Positions 1-8,630 of a stretch of 64,000 bases of DNA are shown here, piece after piece. The DNA comes from Eubacteriales bacterium (GTDB taxonomy: Bacteria > Bacillota > Clostridia > Oscillospirales > CAG-272): NCBI GenBank assembly GCA_045661245.1, contig JAZRFH010000010.1, positions 18,098 through 82,097 of the forward strand. The letters run 5' to 3'. The first letter of the stretch is position 1; each line of letters starts with the position of its first letter. A program made the position numbers and the translations under genes. The notes beneath the pieces were generated by a model. The model was not told where the DNA came from, did not search any database, and saw only the letters and a list, made by a program, of their open reading frames with translations.

Positions 1-2
1 TT

Positions 3-542
3 TATGATGCTGATGTTCTCAGGAGAGATACCGGTTGTTTCATACACTATCGCAAGTATTTGCGCCGCCTCTGCCGCCTGGAGAGCCTCGGCACCCACTA
101 TAACGCTTGCAGACCCCTCTGAAATTACGGCAACGCAGTCCTCAAAACCTTTTGCCTTAACGAGTGTTTCAATATTAGCCTCGTTTTGAATATCAAGGGC
201 AATTTTAGCGAGCTTTTCGCTTGCCTCAGCGCGCGCCTCTTCGCTTGACTCCTGCGACTCGGTAACGAGCTTTAATACGTCGATTGCCTCATCTCTCGAC
301 TGCTCGCGGTTAAGTGCAACTGCGGTAAAATAATCGTTCTCCTGGCTATTTGAGCCTGTGGAGCTTGAGCCGTCAAAATTATCGTCCATATTGTTGTCGC
401 CGTAGCCCATAGAATAAGCGGGGTCATAGAATATGCGGTAATTGGCGTAAACGGCAACGCCTATCATTACCACCGCAAGAAAAAGGGCAATCGCCCGAGC
501 CTTGCCCGACCCGAATAGCTTTTTGATTTTCTGCTTGTTCAT
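3..542 (-). CDS. spoIIIAH: Stage III sporulation protein AH (3' end runs off the window)
   Basis: Hand-translated: MNKQKIKK-TM segment-...YFTAVALNREQSRDEAIDVL...EANIETLVKAKGFEDCVAVI; RBS AAGGAG; last gene of the spoIIIA operon; not in the ORF track because it is truncated. Confidence 0.9.
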   Translation of the reverse strand, partial: MNKQKIKKLFGSGKARAIALFLAVVMIGVAVYANYRIFYDPAYSMGYGDNNMDDNFDGSSSTGSNSQENDYFTAVALNREQSRDEAIDVLKLVTESQESSEEARAEASEKLAKIALDIQNEANIETLVKAKGFEDCVAVISEGSASVIVGAEALQAAEAAQILAIVYETTGISPENISII

Positions 543-575
543 AGTATGTAATTCTCCTTTTTGTGTTACTGATAA

Positions 576-604
576 AGACTATGCCGAGGCCGCTGTGATT
601 ATTA
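576..604 (-). promoter_or_regulatory. SigmaE-type promoter upstream of spoIIIAH
   Basis: Minus strand TAATAAT-N14-CATAGTCT matches the sigmaE consensus and spacing. Confidence 0.6.
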
Positions 605-623
605 CACTTTTAAGAGTAAAAAT

Positions 624-1034
624 TCACGGATAGCCCCCAAGCTTCTCCACCCTTATTCTATTCGCGCCTATGCCGAAAACAGAGGACAAAACCGAGCTCA
701 CCCTTTGTTTGACCGCTACGCTCTCCCCGCCCTCACATACAACCGCAATACCGGATATAACACTCTCCGTGCCCTTGCCGTAGCCAAGACTCCTCTCTTC
801 ATAGGTAACGAGCACCCGGCACTGCCCCACCCCCTCAAGCGAGGAGCAGAGCTCGGTTATATCCGTTTCAAGCGTATCTGCCGTCTCAGACGTGTCGGCC
901 GTATTGCCGCCGCCCATACCGAAAAATATAAGTAGAAGCCCAAGCCCGATAAGCAAAGCGATTTTCATATACCCGTGGCCCTCGACAAGCTGCTTAAGTA
1001 ATTTCAATTTCAACCTCACATCCCCCCGTTTCAA
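624..1034 (-). CDS. spoIIIAG: Stage III sporulation protein AG (short form)
   Basis: N-terminal TM; LEGVGQCRVLVT and ISGIAVVCEGG...FGIGANRI motifs; operon position; start uncertain. Confidence 0.8.
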   Translation of the reverse strand: MKRGDVRLKLKLLKQLVEGHGYMKIALLIGLGLLLIFFGMGGGNTADTSETADTLETDITELCSSLEGVGQCRVLVTYEERSLGYGKGTESVISGIAVVCEGGESVAVKQRVSSVLSSVFGIGANRIRVEKLGGYP

Positions 1035-1443
1035 CAGAATTTATAACAAACTCGCGCACTGCACGGTAATCAAGCAAGGCCGCCTTGCCCGTAAGTGTTA
1101 CGTAAACCTTTTTCGAGTACATAGTTTCAAAAACAAAGCCGTCGCAATAGACGTAAAAGCAATCTCTAGGGGCGGAAAACTCGTCTGAGAGTGCCGCGGC
1201 AATACCCTTGCAGTACGCCTCTTCGGTAACGGCGGTATAGCTCTCGCCAAAGGTAAAATCGCCCGATGGCAGTCTGACGTCAAGGACGCCCGAGATAAGC
1301 GAGGCTATCGGCGAGAGCATAAAGAGAAGAAGAACTACGCCCATAGCCGCGCGCACACTCTCGCGCAAGGACGTATGAGATAGGTGATAAAGCACGGCGC
1401 TTATAAACGCAAGTGAGATGCACCCGAAAATATAGCTACCCAT
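994..1443 (-). CDS. spoIIIAF: Stage III sporulation protein AF-like
   Basis: Two N-terminal TM segments plus soluble domain; lies between AE and AG. Confidence 0.7.
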   Translation of the reverse strand: MGSYIFGCISLAFISAVLYHLSHTSLRESVRAAMGVVLLLFMLSPIASLISGVLDVRLPSGDFTFGESYTAVTEEAYCKGIAAALSDEFSAPRDCFYVYCDGFVFETMYSKKVYVTLTGKAALLDYRAVREFVINSVETGGCEVEIEIT

Positions 1444-2528
1444 TACACACCCACCCTTGACGATAAAATTATAGCTATTTCAAGCACGTATACAACCGCG
1501 GCGACAACGTAAACCGATATAAGACCGTCAAGGGCATCGCGTATAGCCGAGATACAAGAAGCACCCTCGCGCGCACCCAAAAAATCAAGAAAGGAAAGCA
1601 CGATAAAAAAGCATAGCTTATACCCGAGGAGAATAACGAGCGGTGAAATTGCAAAGCCTACTATAATGCTTATTGCACTGCCGCCGATAACGCTTTTTGC
1701 GTAGGTGATACCGCCGACGAGAGTAGAGAGCGCACCCGCCACCGTACTGCCCACAACGGGGATAAAGCCCGAGGTTGCGTATCTTGCCGCACGCAGAGCC
1801 ATATTGTCACCCGTGGCAGATATAAGAGTTTGCAATGCCAGTGTACCGAGCAAGACCGTAGCCACAAGACCAATACCTCTCGTAAATGTGTTTTTTATAC
1901 CCGAGGCAAGAATTGTAATACCGCCGCCGAAGGAGCTGACAACGCCCGAGAGAAACATTGAAAACACAAGGAGCCCTAAAACCTTTTCTGTAAACAGAGC
2001 GCACAAATCAAGTGTTACGCTCATACCAAAAGCACCCGTGCCGGCACTCAAGCTACCGCCCCCCGAGGCCTGCACCGTACCGAGAATAGGTATAAGGGCT
2101 GAGAAAAACCCCGAGATAACAGACAGTGACTCGGCAATTTCGCTGACAAGGGGCAAAACCTTCATAAAGACAAGCAATGATGCAATACCAGATGCCGCGT
2201 CACGCAAAAGCGGAGCAAGCTCACCCGAGAGAGTGCCTGAGAGAACAATCATAACCGCGGCACCCATAAGTAAAAGAAAAAACGAGGCAATTCTGCCGCT
2301 TTCCCCGCGTACCGAGGCAAGTATTTCTCCCATTACCGCGTCAATACCGAGCGAGCTGACAACTCCGGCACCGTCGGGCATTGTAGCCCCCTCGGGCAAA
2401 ATACTCTCATAGTCACCAAGCGCATCTTCAGGCGAGGTATATCCGTCTGCCGAGGCAACTGTGGGAAAGAGAAACAGAGCAATAACAGCTACTGTTAAAA
2501 ATTGTAAACATCTTTTTACCTTTTTCAT
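1443..2528 (-). CDS. spoIIIAE: Stage III sporulation protein AE
   Basis: Polytopic membrane protein with FIPVVG motif; operon position. Confidence 0.88.
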   Translation of the reverse strand: MKKVKRCLQFLTVAVIALFLFPTVASADGYTSPEDALGDYESILPEGATMPDGAGVVSSLGIDAVMGEILASVRGESGRIASFFLLLMGAAVMIVLSGTLSGELAPLLRDAASGIASLLVFMKVLPLVSEIAESLSVISGFFSALIPILGTVQASGGGSLSAGTGAFGMSVTLDLCALFTEKVLGLLVFSMFLSGVVSSFGGGITILASGIKNTFTRGIGLVATVLLGTLALQTLISATGDNMALRAARYATSGFIPVVGSTVAGALSTLVGGITYAKSVIGGSAISIIVGFAISPLVILLGYKLCFFIVLSFLDFLGAREGASCISAIRDALDGLISVYVVAAVVYVLEIAIILSSRVGV

Positions 2529-2911
2529 TTTAAATAACTCATTCCGAGCTCAAAAATTTCACGAAATGCAGGCATACAAAGCAGTAAAATCTCGACACGC
2601 CCCACGGCTAACAAAGCGCCTGCCACCCCATTCTCACCAAGCTCGCGGCAAATATCAGAGCCTATACCGAATATGTACCCTACCCCTACTATCTTGATAA
2701 AAAGGCGCACCGCCCACTGTGCACTCTCGGAGAGCTCACCGACACCGATAAGAGAAACAAGGCGGCCGGTCAACCCCAGAGCAAGTCCCATTATAGTAAT
2801 CAAGGCGACGCAGGATAAGAGCTTGGCCCCCTTAAACCCCGCCTCACGCAAAAGCAGTGTGGCAAACGCCGCGATTATGCCGACACCGACAGTACGTATA
2901 GCGTCACTCAT
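2525..2911 (-). CDS. spoIIIAD: Stage III sporulation protein AD
   Basis: KIVGVGYI...SDICRELGE motif. Confidence 0.88.
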   Translation of the reverse strand: MSDAIRTVGVGIIAAFATLLLREAGFKGAKLLSCVALITIMGLALGLTGRLVSLIGVGELSESAQWAVRLFIKIVGVGYIFGIGSDICRELGENGVAGALLAVGRVEILLLCMPAFREIFELGMSYLK

Positions 2912-3102
2912 AGCCCAAAAACCCCGCGCAGCTCTGATATGAGCTCGCCAATCTCGCGTACCAAAAGAAGAAATATTATCACTATACCCGTAATTGATAC
3001 CAGAACCGACTGCTCATCTCTGCCCGCACGGGTAAGTATCTGACATATTACCGCAACGGTAAGGCCTACACCCGCGACCTTTAAAACTATATCAATATCC
3101 AT
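2908..3102 (-). CDS. spoIIIAC: Stage III sporulation protein AC
   Basis: MDIDIVLKVAGVG...QILTRAGRDEQ, 64 aa. Confidence 0.93.
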   Translation of the reverse strand: MDIDIVLKVAGVGLTVAVICQILTRAGRDEQSVLVSITGIVIIFLLLVREIGELISELRGVFGL

Positions 3103-3118
3103 TCTTTTTATGTCCCTT

Positions 3119-3601
3119 CTATATCACCGTAACGGCAAGTCCAAGGCCAAGTGACAGTAAAACCACACGCACAAGCCGACACTTTACCGTTGTATTTTCT
3201 TTCTTCACCCGGTATTCCTCGTTAAGCACCGACAAAATCTCGATACAGCTTTTCTCTACGTCATTAACAGTACCCCGTGTTGCAAAATTAAAAAAATCCT
3301 CTATCAAGGCACACGTCCCCGAAGATAAATAAAGCTCACTCTTAATATTGCGGTATGCATTAACCGGGACCTCACCGCCCGCAAGCGCCTCAAGGAAACC
3401 AAGCCTTTCAAGCTCAGGAGCTTCCAGACCGCTGACGAGCACAGATAAGGGGCGAACGCCCAGCGTGAGTCGGTTTTTGATATGCCCGAAAAATGAACAA
3501 AGCTCACCAAGCACAACAACTCCGTGCATCGAGCGCTTTCTATACGTCTTATCTATCAAAAGACACGCGGAAAGTATCAGTATAACGCCGACCGTTTGCA
3601 T
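3119..3601 (-). CDS. spoIIIAB: Stage III sporulation protein AB-like
   Basis: N- and C-terminal TM helices; lies between AA and AC; RBS AGAGGGG before ATG 3601. Confidence 0.75.
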   Translation of the reverse strand: MQTVGVILILSACLLIDKTYRKRSMHGVVVLGELCSFFGHIKNRLTLGVRPLSVLVSGLEAPELERLGFLEALAGGEVPVNAYRNIKSELYLSSGTCALIEDFFNFATRGTVNDVEKSCIEILSVLNEEYRVKKENTTVKCRLVRVVLLSLGLGLAVTVI

Positions 3602-4469
3602 CGTATACCCCCTCTGCCGTGTAAAGAAAATCACCGTTCGAGCGCTGAATTGAAATTACGCCCGAGAATACGCCGAGAGTGAAAAGACGGTCAATATAAG
3701 CTCGCTTTCTGACCTCAGTAAGGCTTGTACCGTGGGCGGTAGCTATTACGGTTACTCCTGCACCCACAGCGCCCATAAGAGCATCGGCATCCTCTTCACC
3801 GAATATTTCGTCACACACAACAACCTCGGGGCAAGCGGTGCGTACCGCAATTTCAATACCTGATGCCCGAGAGTGACCTGTTATAATGTCAACACTGCTG
3901 TTTACGTAATCGGTTGGCAGAAACTCCGAGCGGCTGTCCACTACCGCGACACGGCGCATTTTACTGCCCTTACCTATATGCATAGCGAGCGAGCGCAGTG
4001 CCGTTGTTTTACCGCCGCCGGGCTCTGAGATTATAAGAGTGCCGCACATACCGAGCGACCGCCAAGCAGTGTAAAGCTCACTGCCAAAGCCGATAACCGA
4101 GCGCGGTATGCGGAAAACAAGAGCAGATATTTCCCCCGTGGAAAAAGCGTTGCCCACAACACCTACACGAATACCGCGTACGGTTACATACCCTTCCTGC
4201 AGACTATCGCGATAGGCATAAACCGCCCCCTCTGTAAGCGTATCAAATATTTGTGAGAGCGTATAGCCGTCAAGCCGCGAAAGCAGCATATAATCTCTGC
4301 CGGCAACCCTGTAGCTAGACACCGAGTCCTTACGCAGCCGTATCTCCTCAAGCTCACACTCCCTGCCGGGTATTGCATCACTTAATTCTCGCGCAAGCAA
4401 CGGCGCAGACCTGAATATAATTTCTTTTAAGTTCTCATACGCCGCGGGGCGTGCTTTTACCGTCTTCAT
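3549..4469 (-). CDS. spoIIIAA: Stage III sporulation protein AA (ATPase)
   Basis: EEIRLR, Walker A PGGGKTT, PEVVVCDEI, ATAHG motifs. Confidence 0.92.
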   Translation of the reverse strand: MKTVKARPAAYENLKEIIFRSAPLLARELSDAIPGRECELEEIRLRKDSVSSYRVAGRDYMLLSRLDGYTLSQIFDTLTEGAVYAYRDSLQEGYVTVRGIRVGVVGNAFSTGEISALVFRIPRSVIGFGSELYTAWRSLGMCGTLIISEPGGGKTTALRSLAMHIGKGSKMRRVAVVDSRSEFLPTDYVNSSVDIITGHSRASGIEIAVRTACPEVVVCDEIFGEEDADALMGAVGAGVTVIATAHGTSLTEVRKRAYIDRLFTLGVFSGVISIQRSNGDFLYTAEGVYDANGRRYTDTFRVSFDR

Positions 4470-4520
4470 TTTTTATGCCTCTACTTTCCATTTTTTCCCT
4501 GTTTTTACTGTTAAACCGTC

Positions 4521-4549
4521 TTGACTTTATACCTCGGTTATGTTAGAAT
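4521..4549 (+). promoter_or_regulatory. SigmaA promoter of abrB
   Basis: TTGACT-N17-TAGAAT with extended -10 TG. Confidence 0.6.
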
Positions 4550-4584
4550 AATTTTGCAAAATTCAATCAAGAATGGAGGTAGTA

Positions 4585-4824
4585 ATGAAATCTACGGGTA
4601 TTGTCAGAAACGTTGATGAGCTCGGGCGTATAGTCATTCCCAAGGAGATGCGCCGCGCGATGGGTATTACAAGCGCCGACCCTGTTGAAATCTTTGTCGA
4701 GGGTGATAGAATAATACTTGAAAAATACCGTCCCTGCTGCCACTTCTGCTCCTCTGCCGATAACGTTATCGAATTTAAGGGCAAGAATATATGCAAGTCC
4801 TGCATTAACAGCCTAAAGGGATAA
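4585..4824 (+). CDS. abrB: AbrB-family transition-state regulator
   Basis: MKSTGIVRNVDELGRIVIPKE; C-terminal CxxC...CxxC; RBS GGAGGT. Confidence 0.93.
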   Translation: MKSTGIVRNVDELGRIVIPKEMRRAMGITSADPVEIFVEGDRIILEKYRPCCHFCSSADNVIEFKGKNICKSCINSLKG

Positions 4825-4893
4825 CTCACGGTATAAATGTATGCTTGATAATAACAAAATATAATTAAAACAATTCAGGAAGGATTATTAACT

Positions 4894-5919
4894 ATGAAGG
4901 TTGTAACTTTCGGTGAGCTTATGCTCCGTCTTCAGCCCTATAACTACGAGAGATTTGTACAGTGCGACCACGTTGAATTTACCTTCGGCGGCGGTGAGGC
5001 AAACGTTGCGGTTTCGCTTGCCAACTACGGTATGGACGCAAGATACGTAACCAAGCTCCCCGCTCACGCTATCGGTCAGGCGGCTGTAAACAGTCTGCGC
5101 AGATACGGCGTTGACACAACAAAAATCGTTCGCGGCGGCGACAGAGTAGGTATCTACTTTAACGAAAAGGGTGCATCTCAGAGAGGCTCTGTATGTATCT
5201 ACGACCGTGCTAACTCCGCTATCTCAAAGGCAAGCCGTGAGGACTTTAACTGGGACGAGATTTTTGAGGGTGCAGATTGGTTCCACTTTACAGGTATTAC
5301 CCCCGCACTTGGCGCAAACGTTGTTGAAATCTGCAAGGACGCGTGCGTTGCCGCTAAGGCAAAGGGTATCAAAATCTCCTGCGACCTTAACTACCGCGGC
5401 AAGCTTTGGACCCGTGCTGAGGCAAGAGAGGCTATGACAGAGCTTTGTAAGTACGTTGACGTATGTATCTCTAACGAAGAGGACGCAAAGGACGTATTCG
5501 GCATTGAGGCAGAGGCTACCGATATTTACGGTGGTAAGCTTAACCACGAGGGCTACAAGTCGGTTGCAAAGCAGCTTGCTGATAAGTTTGGCTTTGAATA
5601 CGTTGCAATCACTCTGCGTGAGAGCCGCTCGGCATTTGATAACGGTTGGTCTGCTATGCTTTATGACGTAAATGGCAACGAATACTGCTTCTCCAAGAAA
5701 TACGACCTGCACATTATTGACAGTGTTGGCGGCGGTGACTCCTTCGGCGGCGGTCTTATCTACTCGCTTATGAACGGCAAGTCCACCCAGGCGGCAGTTG
5801 AATTTGCAGTTGCGGCATCCGCACTCAAGCACTCCATCGAGGGTGACTATAATATGGTTACCGTTTCTGAGGTTGAGAAGCTTGCGGGCGGCGACGGCTC
5901 GGGCAGAATTCAGAGATAA
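4894..5919 (+). CDS. kdgK: PfkB-family sugar kinase, 2-dehydro-3-deoxygluconokinase-like
   Basis: GGGEANVA, DLNYR and GGGDSF motifs. Confidence 0.85.
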   Translation: MKVVTFGELMLRLQPYNYERFVQCDHVEFTFGGGEANVAVSLANYGMDARYVTKLPAHAIGQAAVNSLRRYGVDTTKIVRGGDRVGIYFNEKGASQRGSVCIYDRANSAISKASREDFNWDEIFEGADWFHFTGITPALGANVVEICKDACVAAKAKGIKISCDLNYRGKLWTRAEAREAMTELCKYVDVCISNEEDAKDVFGIEAEATDIYGGKLNHEGYKSVAKQLADKFGFEYVAITLRESRSAFDNGWSAMLYDVNGNEYCFSKKYDLHIIDSVGGGDSFGGGLIYSLMNGKSTQAAVEFAVAASALKHSIEGDYNMVTVSEVEKLAGGDGSGRIQR

Positions 5920-5935
5920 TTTTCTAACAAAATAA

Positions 5936-5996
5936 AAAGAGCAAGAGTACGGGGTAAGCACATAACCAAACCCTATATTCTTGCTTTTATTTTTTG
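5936..5996 (+). terminator. Rho-independent terminator after kdgK
   Basis: AAGAGCAAGAGTACGGGG...CCCTATATTCTTGCTTTT stem followed by T-tract. Confidence 0.6.
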
Positions 5997-6093
5997 TCAC
6001 CTAAAACCTAAACCGCCAACTCTCTCCCTCGCGCGTACGCGCTAGTCACTAGTAGTACTAGGATTTTTACTTATTTTTAATTATTTATGAAAT

Positions 6094-6154
6094 TCGCCAA
6101 ATAGGCGGAAAATTCTCGCCAAATAGGCGAACATATCCCGCCAAGGAAACGGCG
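6094..6154. repeat. Three iteron-like direct repeats with 22-bp period
   Basis: TCGCCAAATAGGCG at 6094 and 6116; degenerate CCGCCAA...GGCG at 6138. Confidence 0.75.
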
Positions 6155-6161
6155 AGAATGT

Positions 6162-6195
6162 AATTGAAAATTGAAAGTTGAAAATTGAAAATGAA
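6162..6195. repeat. Heptamer tandem repeat (TTGAAAA)n
   Basis: AATTGAAAATTGAAAGTTGAAAATTGAAAATGAA. Confidence 0.8.
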
Positions 6196-6282
6196 AAAGC
6201 AAGAATAAAGGCTTAATTTCCTCTATCCTTGCTTTGTATATTCATAGTAAGTGTCTGTGCTCTTTGCTTTAACTAAAACTTA

Positions 6283-6368
6283 TTTTGCATTTTGCATTTT
6301 CGTAACTCTCGTCTTGATTTTGCATTTTGCATTTTGCATTTAATTGCATTTAATTGCATTTTGCATTT
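6283..6368. repeat. Heptamer tandem repeat (TTTTGCA)n
   Basis: Eight TTGCATT units in two blocks, overlapping the stop of the SGNH gene. Confidence 0.85.
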
Positions 6369-7003
6369 AAATATATGAGTACTTGTTCTGCAATCTCACG
6401 CATACCCTTATCCGACGGATGGTTATTTATAACGTCGGGCTGGGTCAAGTGTATTGCCTCACACCCAAAGTGGTTGGCGGATGCGGTAAAGGCGTTTCTT
6501 ATCTCTTCCCTTATCATGGGGTTTACGATAAAGATTATGCGTGACGTCGGCAATCCCTCGCGCAGCATACGGGTAAAATAAGGAATTGCAGGCAAAATGG
6601 AATACATCTCTTCTTCGCTCGCACCGTCAAGCTTAAATTCGCCAAGCGGTACGCCTGCCCAGGAGTCGTTAGTGCCACCAAAGACGAGTACCGTATCAAT
6701 TCTTTCCCTCTCAAAAAAGCCGTCTTTAAATAGTTTGCGCGCCCTTGTTATAAAGGAACTGTCGCGCACGTCCTTACCGTCATATCCCGTATGGCATACA
6801 GTCGTGCCAGACCAGCTGTCGTTACGCACAAGCTCGCACTCTATTTTTGAAAACAGTATTCTCCACCACGTGCCGTCAACACCCGCTAGGCCGTTAGTTC
6901 CGTCTTGATACCAATGAGCATACCCCTCGGGAATATATCCTTCAAACGTTGAGTAGCTGTCGCCTATTATGAGAGTACGGCCGATATTAACACCTTTTGA
7001 CAT
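6350..7003 (-). CDS. SGNH/GDSL-family hydrolase (esterase)
   Basis: GDSYS block I, GGTND block III, NNHP block V. Confidence 0.88.
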   Translation of the reverse strand: MSKGVNIGRTLIIGDSYSTFEGYIPEGYAHWYQDGTNGLAGVDGTWWRILFSKIECELVRNDSWSGTTVCHTGYDGKDVRDSSFITRARKLFKDGFFERERIDTVLVFGGTNDSWAGVPLGEFKLDGASEEEMYSILPAIPYFTRMLREGLPTSRIIFIVNPMIREEIRNAFTASANHFGCEAIHLTQPDVINNHPSDKGMREIAEQVLIYLNAKCN

Positions 7004-7158
7004 TTTAACGTGTCCCCTTTAGTTTTTCTTTTGCAGTATACTGCTGTTTTTATTATTAGGACCAGTATTTCTGAAATACACCGAAAATCCCTTGCGCAGA
7101 AACAAAATTACTGTAACAGAATGCTGCTATCGTATCATATTTTTACTGCTTGCTTTGT

Positions 7159-7527
7159 TTATTTCGGGATAAGCACAACGTAAAGAAACGAGCCTGCCGA
7201 TAAAGCGACGTAGGCTATGCTAATCACAAGCGACACGATACCCCACACCCGTCTTTTACCTTCGGATTTTTTGATAATAAATGCCGAGAGCGTGACTGAC
7301 ACAAGCGAAAGCACCGACGTAGCAATAGCACCAAGAGCAACAAAAATCAGGAGTATCGCAATACTAAAGCCTAAGCCCAACAAATCGCCCTCATCTGCCG
7401 TGCCCTTTTTAGCAATACAGCCGATAAGGTCGCAAACAAAAGCAAGTAAGCAACCCGCAAAGATGCTTGAAAGCACGAAAAGGACGCTATGCGCTACCGT
7501 GTGAATTATTCTGCCTGTACGAGCCAT
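7159..7527 (-). CDS. Hypothetical membrane protein (about 3 TM)
   Basis: Hydrophobic segments; RBS AAAGGGGA. Confidence 0.65.
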   Translation of the reverse strand: MARTGRIIHTVAHSVLFVLSSIFAGCLLAFVCDLIGCIAKKGTADEGDLLGLGFSIAILLIFVALGAIATSVLSLVSVTLSAFIIKKSEGKRRVWGIVSLVISIAYVALSAGSFLYVVLIPK

Positions 7528-7626
7528 AATTTATCCCCTTTTTCTTTATTTTAACATAGTAATTTCGGCGTGTCAATATATCCGGCGGTACATATACATA
7601 CTATCGGTACGGTTTTAAAAAAATAT

Positions 7627-7655
7627 TGACAAAGAGGGTTGGCTGTGCTATACTC
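7627..7655 (+). promoter_or_regulatory. Near-consensus sigmaA promoter
   Basis: TTGACA-N17-TATACT with extended -10 TG. Confidence 0.75.
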
Positions 7656-7714
7656 TACGCATAATAAATCACCTACAAAAAATCAATTTGAACAAAGGAC
7701 GGTAAACGCTGTTT

Positions 7715-8137
7715 ATGACACTTTACGAGGAGCTTTATTTTGAAATTACACTTACCGGCACAAAATCGGAAATCAAGCGCTTTGCAAGCTTTTTGAAATC
7801 GGGTGAGCTCGACGACTTTTTTGAGGTTGAGCCTGATTATATCAGCCTTGACGACAGCTATGCTACCGCTGACGAGGACGAAGAAACACGCCTCGTTTTC
7901 ACCAATGACGACTGGGGTGTTGCAATTGACGAATTTGACGTAGACGAATTTCTCGACACCTTCTGCCGCGCAGCAAAGAGCCTTGAGGTACAGGGCACGC
8001 TTTACGATGCCGACGACGAGGAATACAGCTTTATCAGTGCCGCAGGCGACGGCTACTACGTCAACGCAAAATCCATAACCAAGTTCAATGACGAGCTTGA
8101 CGAGCACGCACGCGAGGAAGAGAGCGACGAGGAATAA
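7715..8137 (+). CDS. Highly acidic hypothetical protein
   Basis: 140 aa, about 42 D/E vs 10 K/R; host-like codon usage. Confidence 0.8.
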   Translation: MTLYEELYFEITLTGTKSEIKRFASFLKSGELDDFFEVEPDYISLDDSYATADEDEETRLVFTNDDWGVAIDEFDVDEFLDTFCRAAKSLEVQGTLYDADDEEYSFISAAGDGYYVNAKSITKFNDELDEHAREEESDEE

Positions 8138-8164
8138 AACCTCATATCGCGCAAGAAAAAATTT

Positions 8165-8353
8165 ATGAGAAATAAAAGCAACAAGCACCTTGGTATTGAA
8201 ATTGACCCCGAGCTGCATTACAAGCTGCACTATATATCCAAATATTACGGCCGCTCTGCAAACGGTGAAATTCTTTACTTGATACGGCAGGAAATAAAGG
8301 CTTTTGAAAAAGCCGAGGGAGAAATAGAAATACCTAAGGCAACCGAAAACTAA
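8165..8353 (+). CDS. Arc-like ribbon-helix-helix DNA-binding protein
   Basis: Beta-strand HLGIEID, helix ELHYKLHYIS, GRSANGEI turn-helix. Confidence 0.8.
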   Translation: MRNKSNKHLGIEIDPELHYKLHYISKYYGRSANGEILYLIRQEIKAFEKAEGEIEIPKATEN

Positions 8354-8370
8354 ATACAATTTGTTTATTG

Positions 8371-8410
8371 AAGAAGAGAGCGAGGATTACGTAAAGCTCT
8401 CTTTTTCTTT
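8371..8410 (+). terminator. Terminator / dispersed palindromic repeat
   Basis: AAGAGAGC...GCTCTCTT stem followed by T-tract. Confidence 0.65.
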
Positions 8411-8531
8411 TGCCGTATATTTGCGGCATTCGGTTTTTAATTTGCTTTTTATTCATTTATTTATCGCAATAAGACCCCGAATACCCCCTCTTTACAGCTA
8501 TTTAAAGAGGTTTTTTTATTGTTCTTTCTGT

Positions 8532-8598
8532 TTCGCCATAAACTTTTGTGTTGCGACAGCGCTGCTTCTACACCGTTTGCACTGTGTTTTGTGTAGAA
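8532..8598. promoter_or_regulatory. Cluster of Spo0A boxes upstream of spoIIE
   Basis: TTCGCCA (=TGGCGAA) at 8532, TGCGACA at 8552, TTCTACA at 8566, TGTAGAA at 8592; consensus TGNCGAA. Confidence 0.55.
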
Positions 8599-8630
8599 TA
8601 AAGAAAACTTTTATTAAGGGGTCGGTATAA

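Noticed and set aside
5716-5745. KdgK DSVGGGD instead of the common DRVGGGD
   Set aside because: Still fits the PfkB signature; catalytic Asp intact
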